Below, in pieces: positions 37,760-50,572 of a stretch of 64,000 bases of DNA; position 1 is the first letter of the stretch, and each line of letters opens with the position of its first letter. The stretch lies in NCBI GenBank assembly GCA_038087875.1, contig CM075995.1:8124001-8188000 (forward strand). Direction: 5' to 3'. The notes under the pieces were generated by a model. The model was not told the origin of the DNA. It saw only the letters and a program-made list of their open reading frames with translations, and ran no database searches. Source of the DNA: Malacoraja senta. Its lineage: Eukaryota. Position numbers and translations under genes: made by a program.

Positions 37760-37937
37760 ACCAGAGGAGGAGGAGAAGTTGGTCGGTGCACGCTACTGTG
37801 TGAAGATTGGCGATCTGCTCCAGGAATCTGACTTTGTGATGGTGGTGGTAAATCTGACTCCTCAAACCTGCAAACTTATCGGGGAAAAAGAACTTTGCCA
37901 AATGAAGCCTCCGCTACTCTGATCAATATTTCTCGAG
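37760..37937 (+). CDS. Dehydrogenase internal exon with 1-nt deletion
   Basis: TGTGTTTAG|ACCAGAG...TCTCGAG|GTAGGT. PEEEEKLVGARYCVKIGDLLQESDFVMVVVNLTPQTCKLIGEKELCQMKP, then ATLINISR in a shifted frame from ~37911; 178 nt where 179 is needed. Confidence 0.9.
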
Positions 37938-38909
37938 GTAGGTGTAGAATACAAAATTAATTAATCAACAACTTCTCTTTGAGAAGCAAGGAGAGGGAAG
38001 AATTATATTTCATATTTCTCTTCACTCCTTACAATGCTATGTCCGACAGTGATCGCAACTTCTACTGAAGTGTGGATGGCCGTCGGCTCGCTAGGAGCTC
38101 ATCCGCCCTTTGACAGGTCTTGTTTTGGTCCTGCTGGGGGTCCACAGCCCCCTCCTCACCCGGCAAACCAGGTGGGGGAGACGGTTTAGTCGCCGACTAT
38201 CTGACCGTGGAGCGGGTAGCACGGGATTACATGGTACCCGTGGCGGGGGGGAACTCCCCCCGACCTGACCTCCAGAATACAAAAACTGCCATGAAATGCT
38301 GAGGCTCTATCAGGCACTGGTCAGGCCCCATTAGGAGTATTGTGAGCAATTTTGGGCCCCATATCTGAGGAAGGATGAGCTGGCGCTGGAGAGGGTCCAG
38401 AGGAGGTTTACGAGAATGATCCCAGGAAATGAGAGGGTAAACATATGATGAGCGTTTGTCGACACTGGTGTCGGCGCTGATCAACTGGACTCTGACAACT
38501 TCTATTCATTTTCCAGACACACTTTATTTACTTGTGCTCTAGGAGAGAACATCGTCGCAGTTCCTGTACTAATTTGAATTCCAAGCAGAACAGTCAACAT
38601 TTTGTACAGATTTTGACCCTTGAAATTGTGCGCACTTTCTAATTTTTTATCATCATTAACAATACGTTCTCAAAACAATAATATACAAATGTAACAACAC
38701 TAATACAAGTGAACCTACATGCTATTTAATCCTTTATTTCATTTTCAATATCAAGAGCCTTGTCGTGTGCGCCAAGGAAGACCCATCCCAAAACATTGGG
38801 GTACGTCAATGAATACGCATCAGGGACATAGATGTGTGTCAATGAATGCCTAAAGGTTGTTGTGCTGTACAGCTGTCCCCAACCGTTGTCAGACTGCAGT
38901 TTCCACACA

Positions 38910-40250
38910 TAGAGTCATAGCGTGATACAGTGTGGAAACAGGCCCTTCGGCCCAACTCGCCCACACTGGCCAACAATGTCCCAGCTACACTAGTCCCACT
39001 TGCCTGCGCTTGGTCCATAACCCTCCAAACCTGTCCTATCCATGTACCTGTCCAACTGTTTCTTAAACGATGGGATAGTCCCAGCCTCAACTACCTCCTC
39101 TGGCAGCTTGTTCCATACACCCACCACCCTCTGTGTGAAAAAGTTACCCCTCGGATTCCTATTAAATCTTTTCCCCTTCACCTTGAACCTATGTCCCCTT
39201 GTCCTCGATTCCCCTACTCTGGGAAAGAGACTCTGTGCATCTACCTGATCTATTCCTCTTACGATTTTGTATACCTCTATAAGATCACCCCTCATCCTCC
39301 TACGCTCCATGGAATGGAGACAATAGACAATAGACAATAGGTGCAGGAGTCGGCCATTCAGCCCTTCGAGCCAGCACCGCTATTCAATGTGATCATGGCT
39401 GATCATCCCCAATCAGTACCCCGTTCCTGCCTTCTCCCCATATCCCCATGACTCCGCTATTTTTAAGATCCCTATCTAGCTCTCTCTTGAAAGTGTCCAG
39501 AGAACCTGCCTCCACCGCCCTCTGAGGTAGAGAATTCCACAGACCCAGCCTACTCAACCCCTCCCTATAGCTCACACCCTGTAGTCCTGGCAACATCTTC
39601 GTAAATCTTTTCTGAACCCTTTCTGAACACTTCCCCCCCGTCCCCCCTCCCCCCTTTTGTCCTGCAAAGGACAACATAAGGTTTTGCTAGAGTTCGATAG
39701 CATAGACTTTCTAGAGCTCAGTGGCGATGATGTCAGAGCTGGTGGCCGGTTGTTGGATCATGATGGAAAGGGTTGTTCTCTGAGCTACCACTCCACAGAG
39801 TGGTTTTAAGCATGAGATTAAAATGAATGGCGGGATGGCAGGACTGTCATATGCTGAGAGAATGGAGCAGCTGGGCTTGTACACTCTGGAGTTTAGAAGG
39901 ATGAGAGTGGATCTTATTGAAACATATAAGATTATTAAGGGTTTGCACACGCTAAAGGCAGGAAACATGTTCCCGATGTTGGGGGAGTCCAGAACCAGGG
40001 ACCACAGTTTAAGAATAAGGAGTAAGCCATTTAGAATGGAGACGAGGAAGCACTTTTTCTCACAGAGAGTGGTGAGTCTGTGGAATTCTCTGCCTCAGAG
40101 GGCAGTGGAGGCAGGTACTCTGGATGCTTTCAAGAGAGAGCTAGATAGGGCTCTTAAAAATAGCGGAGTCATGGGGATATGGGGAGAAGGGAGGAACGGG
40201 GTACTGATTGGGGATGGTCAGCCATGATCACATTGAATGGCGGTGCTGGC
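38910..40250. mobile_element. Cluster of CR1 3' fragments (38910-39625 minus; 39830-40250 plus)
   Basis: ORFs 38990-39337, 39393-39677 and 39823-40227 with RRMRGDLIE / LWNSLPQ motifs. Confidence 0.85.
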
Positions 40251-40776
40251 GAAGGGAGCGAAAAAAGCGTAGTATGACGTGTGTGATTGTCAACGACATT
40301 TTATAGGGCATTTTATAGGGCTGCCTGCATACTGTCATGGCGTCCACATCTAAATCTTCATCTCACTGCTCTGCTATCAATTGCTCTAATCGTAAATGTA
40401 GACGACCCGACTTGTCATTCTTTAGGTTCCCCAATAAAAAAGAATGGTGAGAAAATATTATTATTATTTTCTGTCGATATTCTGTCCTGAAGATGTTATT
40501 TTCTGTTCTCCCATCAATGGCCATTGGGAAACTAGGTTTGTCGGTACATTAGAAAGTTATTAGAATTATTTTTAATAGATCTTTACTTACCACAATCATA
40601 AATACAATAATTTTAACACTTCTGTACGTTTTTGGTTTTGTTCTTGTAAGGCAGGGGTCTCCAAAATATGGCCCGATTCGAGTCCGAGAACGCGGCGGCT
40701 GTTACCGATTATGTCCCTCGAATTGTCGAGACATCAAAAACATAGATCACAAGCCCGCCGTGAAGAAGGGTGCAAT

Positions 40777-40809
40777 CAAAGATTATAGAACTCCGCTCTA
40801 TAATCTTGG
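40777..40809. mobile_element. 33-bp hAT-like micro-element
   Basis: CAAAGATTATAG...CTATAATCTTGG inverted ends, flanked by 8-bp direct repeat GGTGCAAT. Confidence 0.65.
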
Positions 40810-40852
40810 GGTGCAATGGTGGGGCGGGGGGTTCGGCGGCGGCGGTCGGAAT

Positions 40853-40888
40853 CAAAGATACTAGAGGAGCTCTGCCCTATAATCTTTG
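40853..40888. mobile_element. 36-bp hAT-like micro-element
   Basis: CAAAGAT...ATCTTTG inverted ends, flanked by 8-bp direct repeat GTCGGAAT. Confidence 0.65.
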
Positions 40889-40921
40889 GTCGGAATGGGA
40901 CGGCTGCACGTTATAACGTGC

Positions 40922-42947
40922 CATAGAATAAATTGGAATAAAAGTGAAATTATGTCAATAAAACCGAAAGACTCAACACATCTTTTAAAATTCCCTTTTA
41001 AAATAGCTACAGAAAAATGTAAATACTTGGGAATCGAAATTACTAGAACATATCAAGGTATGTTTAAAGCAAATTTTGATCCTCTACTTAATAAATTAAA
41101 CACACTAATTAAATTTTGGAAAACGCTCCCGATGTCTTTAATAGGCCGAATAAATGCAATAAGAATGATCTTTCTACCACAAATTTTATACCTATTTCAA
41201 TCGATTCCTATATACCTACCAAAGAAGGTTTTTTTTTTAATTGGACTCAGATATCACTAATTTTATATGGGACTATAAATCACATAGAATACAAAGAACT
41301 CACTTGAACAAACCTAAAGTATTAGGGGGCTTAGCACTACCTAATTTCATGTAGTCAGTAAATATTGGTCAGTATATATTAAAATAAATATTAAAATATT
41401 AAAAATTGGTCAGTAAATATTAAAAATATGATTCAACTGATGGATAACTCTGCCCAGCAAGTGGACTGGATTGTAATGGAGAGAGAGGATTGCTCCTCTG
41501 GAAACATTGGAGCGATCCTCCTCTCACCAATGAAACTGAATAACATAAATTATTATAAGAACCCAATTATACATAGCACAATCAGAATTTGGAAACAAAT
41601 AAAACTAAATTTAAAATTAAGAAATTTATCACTTTTATCTCCCATAGTTAATAATCCTTCATTTAATCCCTCTATTATAGATAAATCTTTTACACACTGG
41701 GATAGACAAGGAATTAAAACGTTCAGTGACCTGTATGAAACTGGAAAATTACTATCATTTCAACAATTACAAATAAAATATAAACTCGGAAATAATCAAT
41801 ATTTTAAATATTTTCAAATATGCGACTATTTGAAAAAATATACAAAAGATCATTATAATAGCCCAGCAGATGTATTGGATGATGCAATGCAGATAAAAGC
41901 TGAATCAACAAACTTAATATCATATTTGTATAATATTATCTTAAATGTACAAATACCATCTACGGAAGGTATCAGAAGAGACTGGGAACAAGAATTAGCT
42001 ATTAAAATTTCAAAGGAAAGGTGGAATGAACACTTATTAAACGTGCATAAATGTTCGATTAATGTAAGACACACTTTAATACAATTTAAAATTTTACATA
42101 GGTTATATTATTCCAAAACTAAAATCCATAAAATGTTCCCAAATGTATCATCCATTTGTGATAAATGTCAATCCCAAGAAGCTACAATAGCTCACTCATT
42201 TGATTTCTGTACAAAAATTCAAAAATTTTGGTTTGAAATTTTTGAAATCTTTACAAAATTATTTAAAATAAAACTGATACCCAAAGCAGAATGGATTATT
42301 TTCGGAATAATGGAAGATAGTCCAGAACTAAATGTGTTCCAAAAGAAATTAATAGACTATGGGTTAATAACTGGAAAAAAGCTAATCCTAAAATTTTGGA
42401 AAAAGACTCCAATACCAACTATAAACATGTGGATTTCAAATATGTTCGAAACATTACACCTAGAAGAGATAAGACTCCTCCTGGCAGGTAAACCAGATCA
42501 CTTCCACCTGACGTGGTCTGCATTTATAGAATTATTACAAATATAGGGTGCAAAAGTACCTTAAAAAAAACTGAGGTCAGGTAAGGGGGGATGAAAGTTG
42601 GAGAGTTGGTATGTCCCATTTACGTGATGCTTACAAAAACTATTTGTTTTTCTCTTTTCCCTCTTTCTCTTTCTTCTTCTTTTCTAGGGTCTATTTCTTA
42701 ACACTTTTTCTTTTGTTTTTAATTTCGTTCTTATATGGTCTTCGTTCTTTCTTGTTGTCACGTTTTTTACACTTTCACCTTTTCCTTCACTTTCTTCTTT
42801 CTCTCAATCTCATCCTTTCCCTTTATTAGTGTAAAAAACAAACGGAGTACATTAATTGTAAGAAGATATATGTGACGAGTACTAATGTATGTGGTTGTAA
42901 TGTAATGTACTTCTAATAAATAAAAAATTTAAAAAATAAATAAATAA
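40922..42947 (+). mobile_element. 5'-truncated L1 (ORF2 C-terminus, 3' UTR, A-rich tail)
   Basis: ORFs 40886-41260 and 41428-42546, close in sequence to 8363-9793; AATAAA-rich tail ~42915-42947. Confidence 0.92.
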
Positions 42948-42961
42948 CGTGCCATCGTTCC

Positions 42962-43245
42962 ACTCTCCCTCTCCCCCTCCATCTCCCCCTTCTCCCTATT
43001 CCCCCTTCTCCCTTCTCCCTCTCCCTCTCCCCCTTCTCCCTATCACCCTCCCTCTCCCCCTTCTCCCTCTCCCTCTCCCCCTTCTCCCTCTTCCCCCTTC
43101 TCCCTCTCCCTCTTCCCCCTTCTCCCTCTCCCTCTTCTCCCTCTTCTCCCTCTCCCTCTTCTCCCTCACCCTCTCCCTCTCCCCCTTCTCCCTCTCCCCC
43201 TTCACCCTCTCCCTCTCCCCCTTCTCCCTCTCCCCTTCTCCCTCT
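42962..43245. repeat. Polypyrimidine low-complexity tract
   Basis: CTCCCT/CCCCTT repeats; a polypurine counterpart lies at ~35010-35230. Confidence 0.95.
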
Positions 43246-43884
43246 CTGAACAAAGAATCTAGAGAAATATGTCGTCAAATGTGCTATATAAATAAAAGTA
43301 TTTATATAGCACATTTAAAAAACAACTCGCACAACGCCACGCGCTAGGCGTTCGCCGTCAAGACGCTGCGTACGACATCGGGGCACTGCATACGACATCG
43401 GGACGCTGCGTACGCCCGTAGGGACGCTGCGTACGCCCTCAATGCGCCTGCGGGCTGAGAGGCCGTTGGCGTGCAGGATTTTCGGACTGCAAGATTTTTC
43501 AAGCGACCACGTTTGGTCGCGCTAGACGCATGCAATCTGGTGGGACAGGCCCTTAACGTGCCTCTCACACACAGGCACACACAAACACACATTCATATAA
43601 ATATATATATAAGTTAAATTTAATTTTGTGCACAGTGTGTGTGAAAGCAATACAAGGGATGATAGAGCGGAGTGCACAGCGGGATGCATACCGGAAGTCG
43701 CGTTTGGCATAAACAAATGGCGGCCGTGACGTTCCGTTACATACTACACGTCAGTCCATTGGATTTCGGAGGAGTGGTGTATCTTGGCTCCTCTAGTATC
43801 TTTGGTCTGGGCTGCGTCCACAATTCTCTGTAATTTCTTGGGGTCTTGGATGGAGCTGTTCCCAAACCAACCTGTGAAGCAGCC

Positions 43885-46600
43885 CCAGTTCAAATGGGTG
43901 GGATCTCGTGCAGGACAGAGGCACGTGAGAGGCTAGAAGTGGGTATGGAGGGTGTTGTGGGAAAAGTTAGTGGACAGAATAGGCAGGTGAAAGGCGGAGA
44001 GCGAGGAAGGAGGGTTGGTTTAAACTGCACGTATTTTAATGCAAGGGGCCTGAATGGTAAGGCAGATGAGCTTAGGGCATGGATAGGTACGAGCGACTGG
44101 GACGGGTAGCCATGACTGAAACCTGGTTAAGGGAGGGGCAGGATTGGCAGCTCAATGTTCCGGGGTACAGGAGCTTCAGGAGAGACAGGGTGAGGGAAAA
44201 AGAGGAGTGGGGGGGGAGGTTGCAATGTTGGTTAAGGAGAATGTCACGGCTGTGTTCAGAGGTGACATTATGGACGGTTCGTCTAGTGAGGCTATATGGG
44301 TGGAGCTGAGGAACAAGAAATGGATGATCATCGTGTTGGGGGTGTACTACAGACCCCCGAATAGTCAACGGGAATTAGAAGAACAAATGTGCCGGGAGAT
44401 TGCAGACAGCTGCAGGTCAAATACGGTTGTTGTAATGGGGGATTTTAACTTTCCCAATATAGACTGGGAAAACCATAGTGTGAAGGGTTTAGATGGGGTG
44501 CAATTCCTCAAAAGTGTTCAGGAGAGTTTTCTTAAAAAGTATGTGGAGGCCCCCACACGTGAAAAGGCAATGCTGGATCTAGTATTGGGAAATTGGGAAG
44601 GCAAGTTAATGAAGTGTGTGTGGAGGAGCCTTTTGGGACCAGTGACCACAGTTCGATTAGGTTTAAGATAGTTATGGATAGGGACGGAGAGGGTCCACGT
44701 GTTAAAATGCTCAACTGGGGTAAGACCAACTTTGAGAGGATGAGAGAAGGTCTCGCTCAAGTTCACTGGAGCAGGTTATTTGAGGGGAAAGGAACATCGG
44801 CCAAGTGGGATGTTTTTAGAAGTCTACTGACGAAAGCTCAGGATACGTACGTCCCTGTTAGAGTGAAGGAAAAGCAGACAAACGTAAGGAAATTTGGCTG
44901 ACGAGGGAAATTGAGACGTTAGTCAAAAACAAGAAGGATGCATGGGACAGGTATTGGCAGCTGGGATCAAGTGCATCACTGGAGGAGTTTTGTGAACTAA
45001 GAAGGAAACTAAAAAAGGAAATCAGAAGGGCAAAAAGGGGCCAGGAGATGGCTCTGCCGGGTAGCATTAAGGTCAATCCCAAATGATTTTATTAATACAT
45101 AAGGGGGAAAAGGTAACTAGTGGGACCTCTCAGGAATCAAAGCGGTCACCTCTGTGTGGAGCCACAGGAGATGGGCAAGATCCTAAATGAGTATTTCTCC
45201 TCTGTATTTACCGAGGAGAAAGACGGTAGGACGGACGAACTTGGAGCAGTCGCTAGAAGTGTCTTGAGAGCAGTCAGCGTTACCGTCGAAGAAGTACTGA
45301 AGGTACTGTCATGTTTGAAGGTAGACAAATCTCCAGGGCCAGATCAGATATATCCGAGGACATTGTGGGAAACTAGAGAGGAAATTGCAGGAGCCCTGGT
45401 TGAAATTTACGAGTCGTCCTTAAATACAGGAGAGGTGCCGGAAGACTGGATGGTGGCAAATGTTGTGCCTCTTTTCAAGAAGGGCTGCAGGGAAAATCCT
45501 GGGAACTATAGGCCGGTGAGATTAACATCTGTAGTTGGTAATTTACTGGAGAGTATTCTGAGGGATAGGTTATACAGAGATGTGGATGGGCAAGGGCTGA
45601 TTAGGGATAGTCAGCATGGTTTTGTACGTGGGAGGTCGTGTCTCACAAATCTGATAGATTTTTTTTGAGGACGTGACCAAAAAGGTTGATGAGGGCAAAG
45701 CTGTAGATGTTGTGTACATGGACTTCAGTGAGGCGTTCGACAAGGTTCCGCATGGTAGGTTGCTCTATAAGGTTAGATCGCATGGGATCCAAGGAGAGAT
45801 AGGTGAATGGATAGCAAATTGGCCCCATGGAAGAAAGCAGAGGGTGATGGTGGAAGGTTGGTTCTCGGACTGGAGGCCTGTGACTAGTGGTGTGCCACAG
45901 GGTTCGGTGCTGGGCCCGTTACTGTTTGTCATCTACATCAATGATTTGGATGAGAACATACAGGGCAAGATTAGCAAGTTTGCTGATGATACAAAAGTTA
46001 GTGGTTTTGCAGACAGTGAAGATGGTTGTGAAAGATTGCAGCAGGATCTGGATCAATTGGCCAGGTAGGCGGAGGAATGGTTGATGGAATTTAATACAGA
46101 GAAGTGTGAGGTGTTTCATTTTGGGATGTCGAACAAGGGCAGGACCTACACAGTAAATGGTTGGCCTCTGGGTAGTGTTGTGGAGCAGAGGGATCTAGGA
46201 GTACAAGTGCATGGTTCCTTGAAGGTCGAGTCGCAGGTAGATAAGGTGGTCAAAATGGCTTTTGGCACTTTGGCCTTCATCAGTCAGAGTATTGAGTATA
46301 GAAGTTGAGAGGTCATGTTGCAGTTGTACAAGACGTTGGTGAGATTGCATTTAGAATATTGTGTTCAGTTCAGGGCACCATGTTATAGGAAAGATATTGT
46401 CAACCTTGAAAGGGTTCAGAAAAGATTTACAAGGATGTTGCCAGGTCTAGTGGGTGTGAGCTACAGGGAGAGGTTGAGTAGGCTGGATCTCTACTCGATG
46501 GAGCGCAGGAGGATGAGGGGAGTTCATGAGAGGAATATGCAGAGTCTCTTGCCCAGAGTGGGGGAATCAAGTACCAGAGAACATAGGTTCAAGGTGAAGG
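43885..46600 (+). mobile_element. Long degenerate CR1 LINE (endonuclease and RT)
   Basis: YFNARG, TETW, YRPPN, GDFN, SDH, KSPGPD, NYRPV, GVPQGSVLGP, KFADD, HLEYCVQF across several frames with stops. Confidence 0.92.
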
Positions 46601-46790
46601 ACAGAGAACATAGGCTCTCTGTCCGCACTGCGGCCTAACATCGAGGAGTTGCGGCCTTTGCTGGAGACCGACTTTTGACAGCTCCACCGCGGGTGTCTAC
46701 GAGTCTTTAACATCACGGAGTTCAAACCAGCAACTGCAGTTCCTTCCTACACGTGAAAGCTAATAGAAACTGTTCTGTTGATGTCGCAAG

Positions 46791-46887
46791 GTGCGGTGAT
46801 TGATCAGGATGCTCTGGTACAAGTACTGCAGAAGAGGAGAATTCGTGCAGCAGCTTTAGACGTGACTGATCCAGAACCACTTCCCAG
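46791..46887 (+). CDS. Dehydrogenase penultimate exon
   Basis: CGCAAG|GTGCGGTG...TTCCCAG|GTAGTA. (G)[31 protein letters not shown](R); phases 1 to 2 fit the neighbouring exons. Not in the ORF track. Confidence 0.9.
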
Positions 46888-49091
46888 GTAGTAGTTGTTT
46901 TCTATCATTACTCCACCTTTGGTAGTTCAATAGTTCTCTCTTATCACATCTACCGAGGTACAGTGAAATTCTTATTTACATACAGTTCAGTAAATTGCTA
47001 CCATGCATAAGAACAATCCCACATTAAATACAAAGTGTATACTTTATATGGTGGCGCAGCGGTAGAGTTGCTGCCTTACAGCGCTAGAGACCAGGGTTCG
47101 ATCCCGACTACGGGTGCTGTCTGTACGGAGTTTGTACGTTCTCCCCTGTGTGCGTTTTCTCCGAGATCTTCGGTCTCCTCCCACACTCCAACGACGTACA
47201 GGTTTGTAGGTTAATTGGCTTGGTATCATTGTAAATTGCCCCTCGTGTGTGCAGGATAGCATTAATGTGCGGGGATCGCCGGTCGGCGCGGACTCGGTGG
47301 GCCGAAGGGCCTGTTTCTGCTCTGTATCTCTAAACCAAATGAAACTAAAATAGCCCACTGAGACCATATGCAGGAGGTATTGCCGCCATTTTACATGTCC
47401 CAGCTGCATTTGGCCATAAAGGCACGTTGCAGCCGTCGCCTCTGTCTGGATCGTCCCGCGAACTGTCGTCCCTTTCATCGCCCGGCCACCTTCGACCCCC
47501 CCCCCCCGGTTCTTCTCACCGGTCCTTTGCTCCCGTGGCCATCGTCGACGACTACCTCCAGCCTCCTCTCCAGTTCTCGGGGACGGGCTCGGCAGCTCCC
47601 TCGACCAGCGGGTACCCGGTTCCACGGCGGGCGAGTCAGGCCTGTCGATAGACACGAAAAGCTGGAGTAACTCAGCGGGACAGGCAGCATCTCAGGAGAG
47701 AGAAGGGATGGGGGACGTTTCGGGTCAGGACCCTTCTTCAGACTGAGAGTCAGGGGAAAGGGAAATGAGAGATATAGACGATGATGTGGAGAGATGAAGA
47801 ACAATGAATGAAAGACATGCAGAAAAAGTAACGATGATAAAGGAAACAGGCCATTGTTAGTTGCTTGCTAGATGAAAACAAGAAGCTGGTGTGACTTGAG
47901 TGGGGGAGGGATGGAGAGGGAGGGAATGCCAAGGTTACTTAAAGATAGAGAAATCAATATTCATATCTCTGGTCTGAAACATACCCAAGTGAAATATGAG
48001 ATGCTGTTCCTCAAATTTGCATTTAGCCTCACTCCGTCAATGGAGGAGACCTAGGACAGAAAGGTCAGTGTGGGAATGGGAAGGAGAATTAAAGTGTTTA
48101 GCAACCGGGAGATCAGGACTGCCGTGCGGCCCGACAGTCAATAACCTAACTACAGTCAATAGTGAAAGGCCTGGATAGAATGGATGTGGGGAGGATGTTT
48201 CCACCAGTGGGAGAGTCTAGGACCAGATGCCATAGCCTCAGAATTAACGAATGTTCCTTTAGGAAGGAGATGAGGAGCAATTTATTTAGCCAGAGGGTGT
48301 TGAATCTGTGAAATTCTTTGCCACAGACGGCTGTGGAGGCCAATAAATAGATATTTAAGGCAGGAATAGATAGATTCTTGATTAGTATGGTTGTGGGGAG
48401 AAGGCAGGAAAATGGGATTAGGAGGCAGAGATCAGCCGTGGTTGAATGGTGGAGTAGACTCGATGGGCCGAATGGCCTAATTCTACTCCTATAACTTGTG
48501 AAGTTGAGGGGGGACATGATAGAAGCATATCAAATTGAGAGGCATAGATAGTGTGGACATTTGGAACCTTTTTCCCTGGATGGAATGACCAAACACTACA
48601 GGCCATAGATTTAAGGTGAGGGGAAAAGTGAAGGGGAAGTGCGGGGCATGTTTTTACAGTGTGTGGTGGAAGGGGTGGCGATGGAAGAACATACGAGTAG
48701 CATTTTAAGATGCTTTCGGATAAGCACATGGGTATGCAGCGAATGGGGGGGGGGGGTATATGGATCATGTACAGGCAGATAAGAGTTGGTCTTGGCATCA
48801 TGTTCAGCACAGACATTGTGGGCTGAAGGGCCTGTTCCTGTCCTCTACTGTTCTAACCTTCAGTTTAGTTTAGAGATACAGTGCAGATACAGTCCCTTCG
48901 GCCCACTGAAAGGGGGGGGCGGGACCCATGCAAGTCACGGGGAGAACGTACAAGCTCCGTACAGACAAGCACCCACAGTCAGGATCGAACCCGGGTCTCC
49001 GGCGCTGTAAGGAAGCAACTCTACCGCTGCGCCACCGTGCTGCCACTAATACCTCTAACGTAACTTTCTCTTGATTTTCCTTCAATAATAG

Positions 49092-49248
49092 GGATCATCC
49101 TTTGCTGCACCTGCCGAATGTCACTCTGACTCCTCATTTTGGTACTGCCACCGACCAGACCACTCTTAAAATGGTGGATAGAATGATTGAAAATGCGTTG
49201 GCTGCCGTTCATGGGCGTCCAGTTCCCAATGAAGTACTGTTGCCCTGA
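49092..49248 (+). CDS. Dehydrogenase last coding exon
   Basis: AATAATAG|GGATCAT...; (R)DHPLLHLPNVTLTPHFGTATDQTTLKMVDRMIENALAAVHGRPVPNEVLLP*. Not in the ORF track. Confidence 0.92.
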
Positions 49249-49290
49249 TGGATACAGGTTAATGATCATCATCGTCAAAAGCTGATACAA

Positions 49291-49296
49291 AATAAA
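49291..49296 (+). terminator. Candidate polyadenylation signal
   Basis: AATAAA 43 nt after the stop codon. Confidence 0.4.
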
Positions 49297-49984
49297 ATCA
49301 TCAGCTTTGATATTATAGAAATATATCGTGCAGAAGGAAACCACTTGGTCCACAGAGAACACACAAGACTTGCAATATTTAGGCTGTTGTTAATCTTGAC
49401 CCCCTACATTTGATCCACATCATTGCCTTAAACCACAGATGTAGTTTAGTTTAGTTTATTGTCACGTGTACCGAGGTACAGCGAAAATATTTTTTGTTGC
49501 GTGCTATCGTCAGCAGAAAGACACTACATGATCAGTCCTTCTATCCAGAGATGCTGCCTGTCCAGCTCAGTTACTCCAGCATTTTGTGTCCATGTGATTA
49601 CAATTGAGCCATTTACTGTGTACGATAAGGGAAGAACATTCAGTGCAAGGTAAAGTCCGATCAAGGATAGTCCGAGGATCACCGATACGATCGATATTAG
49701 TTCAGGATGCAGTTCAGTCATTCAGATGTTACACTATATGACGGCCTTTGGAAAAGAGATGAGGAGGAATTTCTTTAGTTCGAGGCTGGTGAATCTGTGG
49801 AATTCATTGCCAGATTCGGCTGAATTACCCCAGCACTTTGTGTCTATTTTACCTATATCATACCTCCGCTTAGAACGGTTGGCTTAACGCTGGATCTACC
49901 TTGACCTGTTCCATAGAAGTGTTGAACCTGACTGAATTATCACTACCTCCAATATGCTGTTCCACAACTGACCTTTACACCAGT

Positions 49985-50572
49985 CTTCTGCAGTTGTATA
50001 GGGCTCTGGTGAGACCACATCTGGAGTATTGTGTATAGTTTTGGTCTCCTAATTTAAGGAAGGACATCCTTGTGATTGAGGCAGTGCAGCGTAGGTTCAC
50101 GAGATTGATCCCTGGGATGGCGGGACTGTCATATGAGGAAAGATTAAAAAGACTGGGCTTGTATTCACTGGAGTTTAGAAGGATGAGGGGGCATCTTATA
50201 GAAACATATAAATTATAAAAGGACTGGGCAAGCTAGATGCAGGAAAAATGTTCCCAATGTTGGGCAAGTCCAGAACCAGGGGCCACAGTCTTAGAATAAA
50301 GGGGAGGTCATTTAAGACTGAGGTGAGAAAAACCCAGAGAGTTGTGAATTTATGGAATTCCCTGCCAAAGAGGGCAGTGGAGGCCAAGTCACTGGATGGA
50401 TTTAAGAGGGAGTTAGATAGAGCTCTAGGGGCTAGTGGAGTCAAGGGATATGGGGAGAAGGCAGGCACGGGTTATTGATATGGGACGATCAGCCATGATC
50501 ACAATGAATGGCGGTGCTGGCTCGAAGGGCCGAATGGCCTCCTGCACCTATTTTCTATGTTTCTGTTTCTAT
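49985..50572 (+). mobile_element. CR1 3' fragment
   Basis: RPHLEYC-coding region through the TTTCTATG tail. Confidence 0.85.

Larger units (their letters stand above)
34153..49248 (+). pseudogene. Glyoxylate/hydroxypyruvate reductase-like D-2-hydroxyacid dehydrogenase gene, probably disabled
   Basis: Four GT-AG exons carry family motifs GVGVDH, VANTP, ADMGMALLLA, INISRG, ALDV..PEP, TPH. There is a frameshift in the second exon found, and no GxGxxG exon was found. Confidence 0.75.

Noticed and set aside
38019..38272. GC-rich block with short hairpins, as a possible structured RNA
   Set aside because: Probably a short non-autonomous retroelement; no supportable RNA family call.
39715..39786. 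AGCTCAG...CTGAGCT stem with a CTGA box, as a possible intronic C/D snoRNA
   Set aside because: C box is imperfect (CGATGA), spacing is atypical and I recognise no rRNA guide; an Rfam search would be needed.
42913..43347. Glu/Gly-rich and Pro/Leu-rich ORFs
   Set aside because: Artefacts of the polypyrimidine tract.
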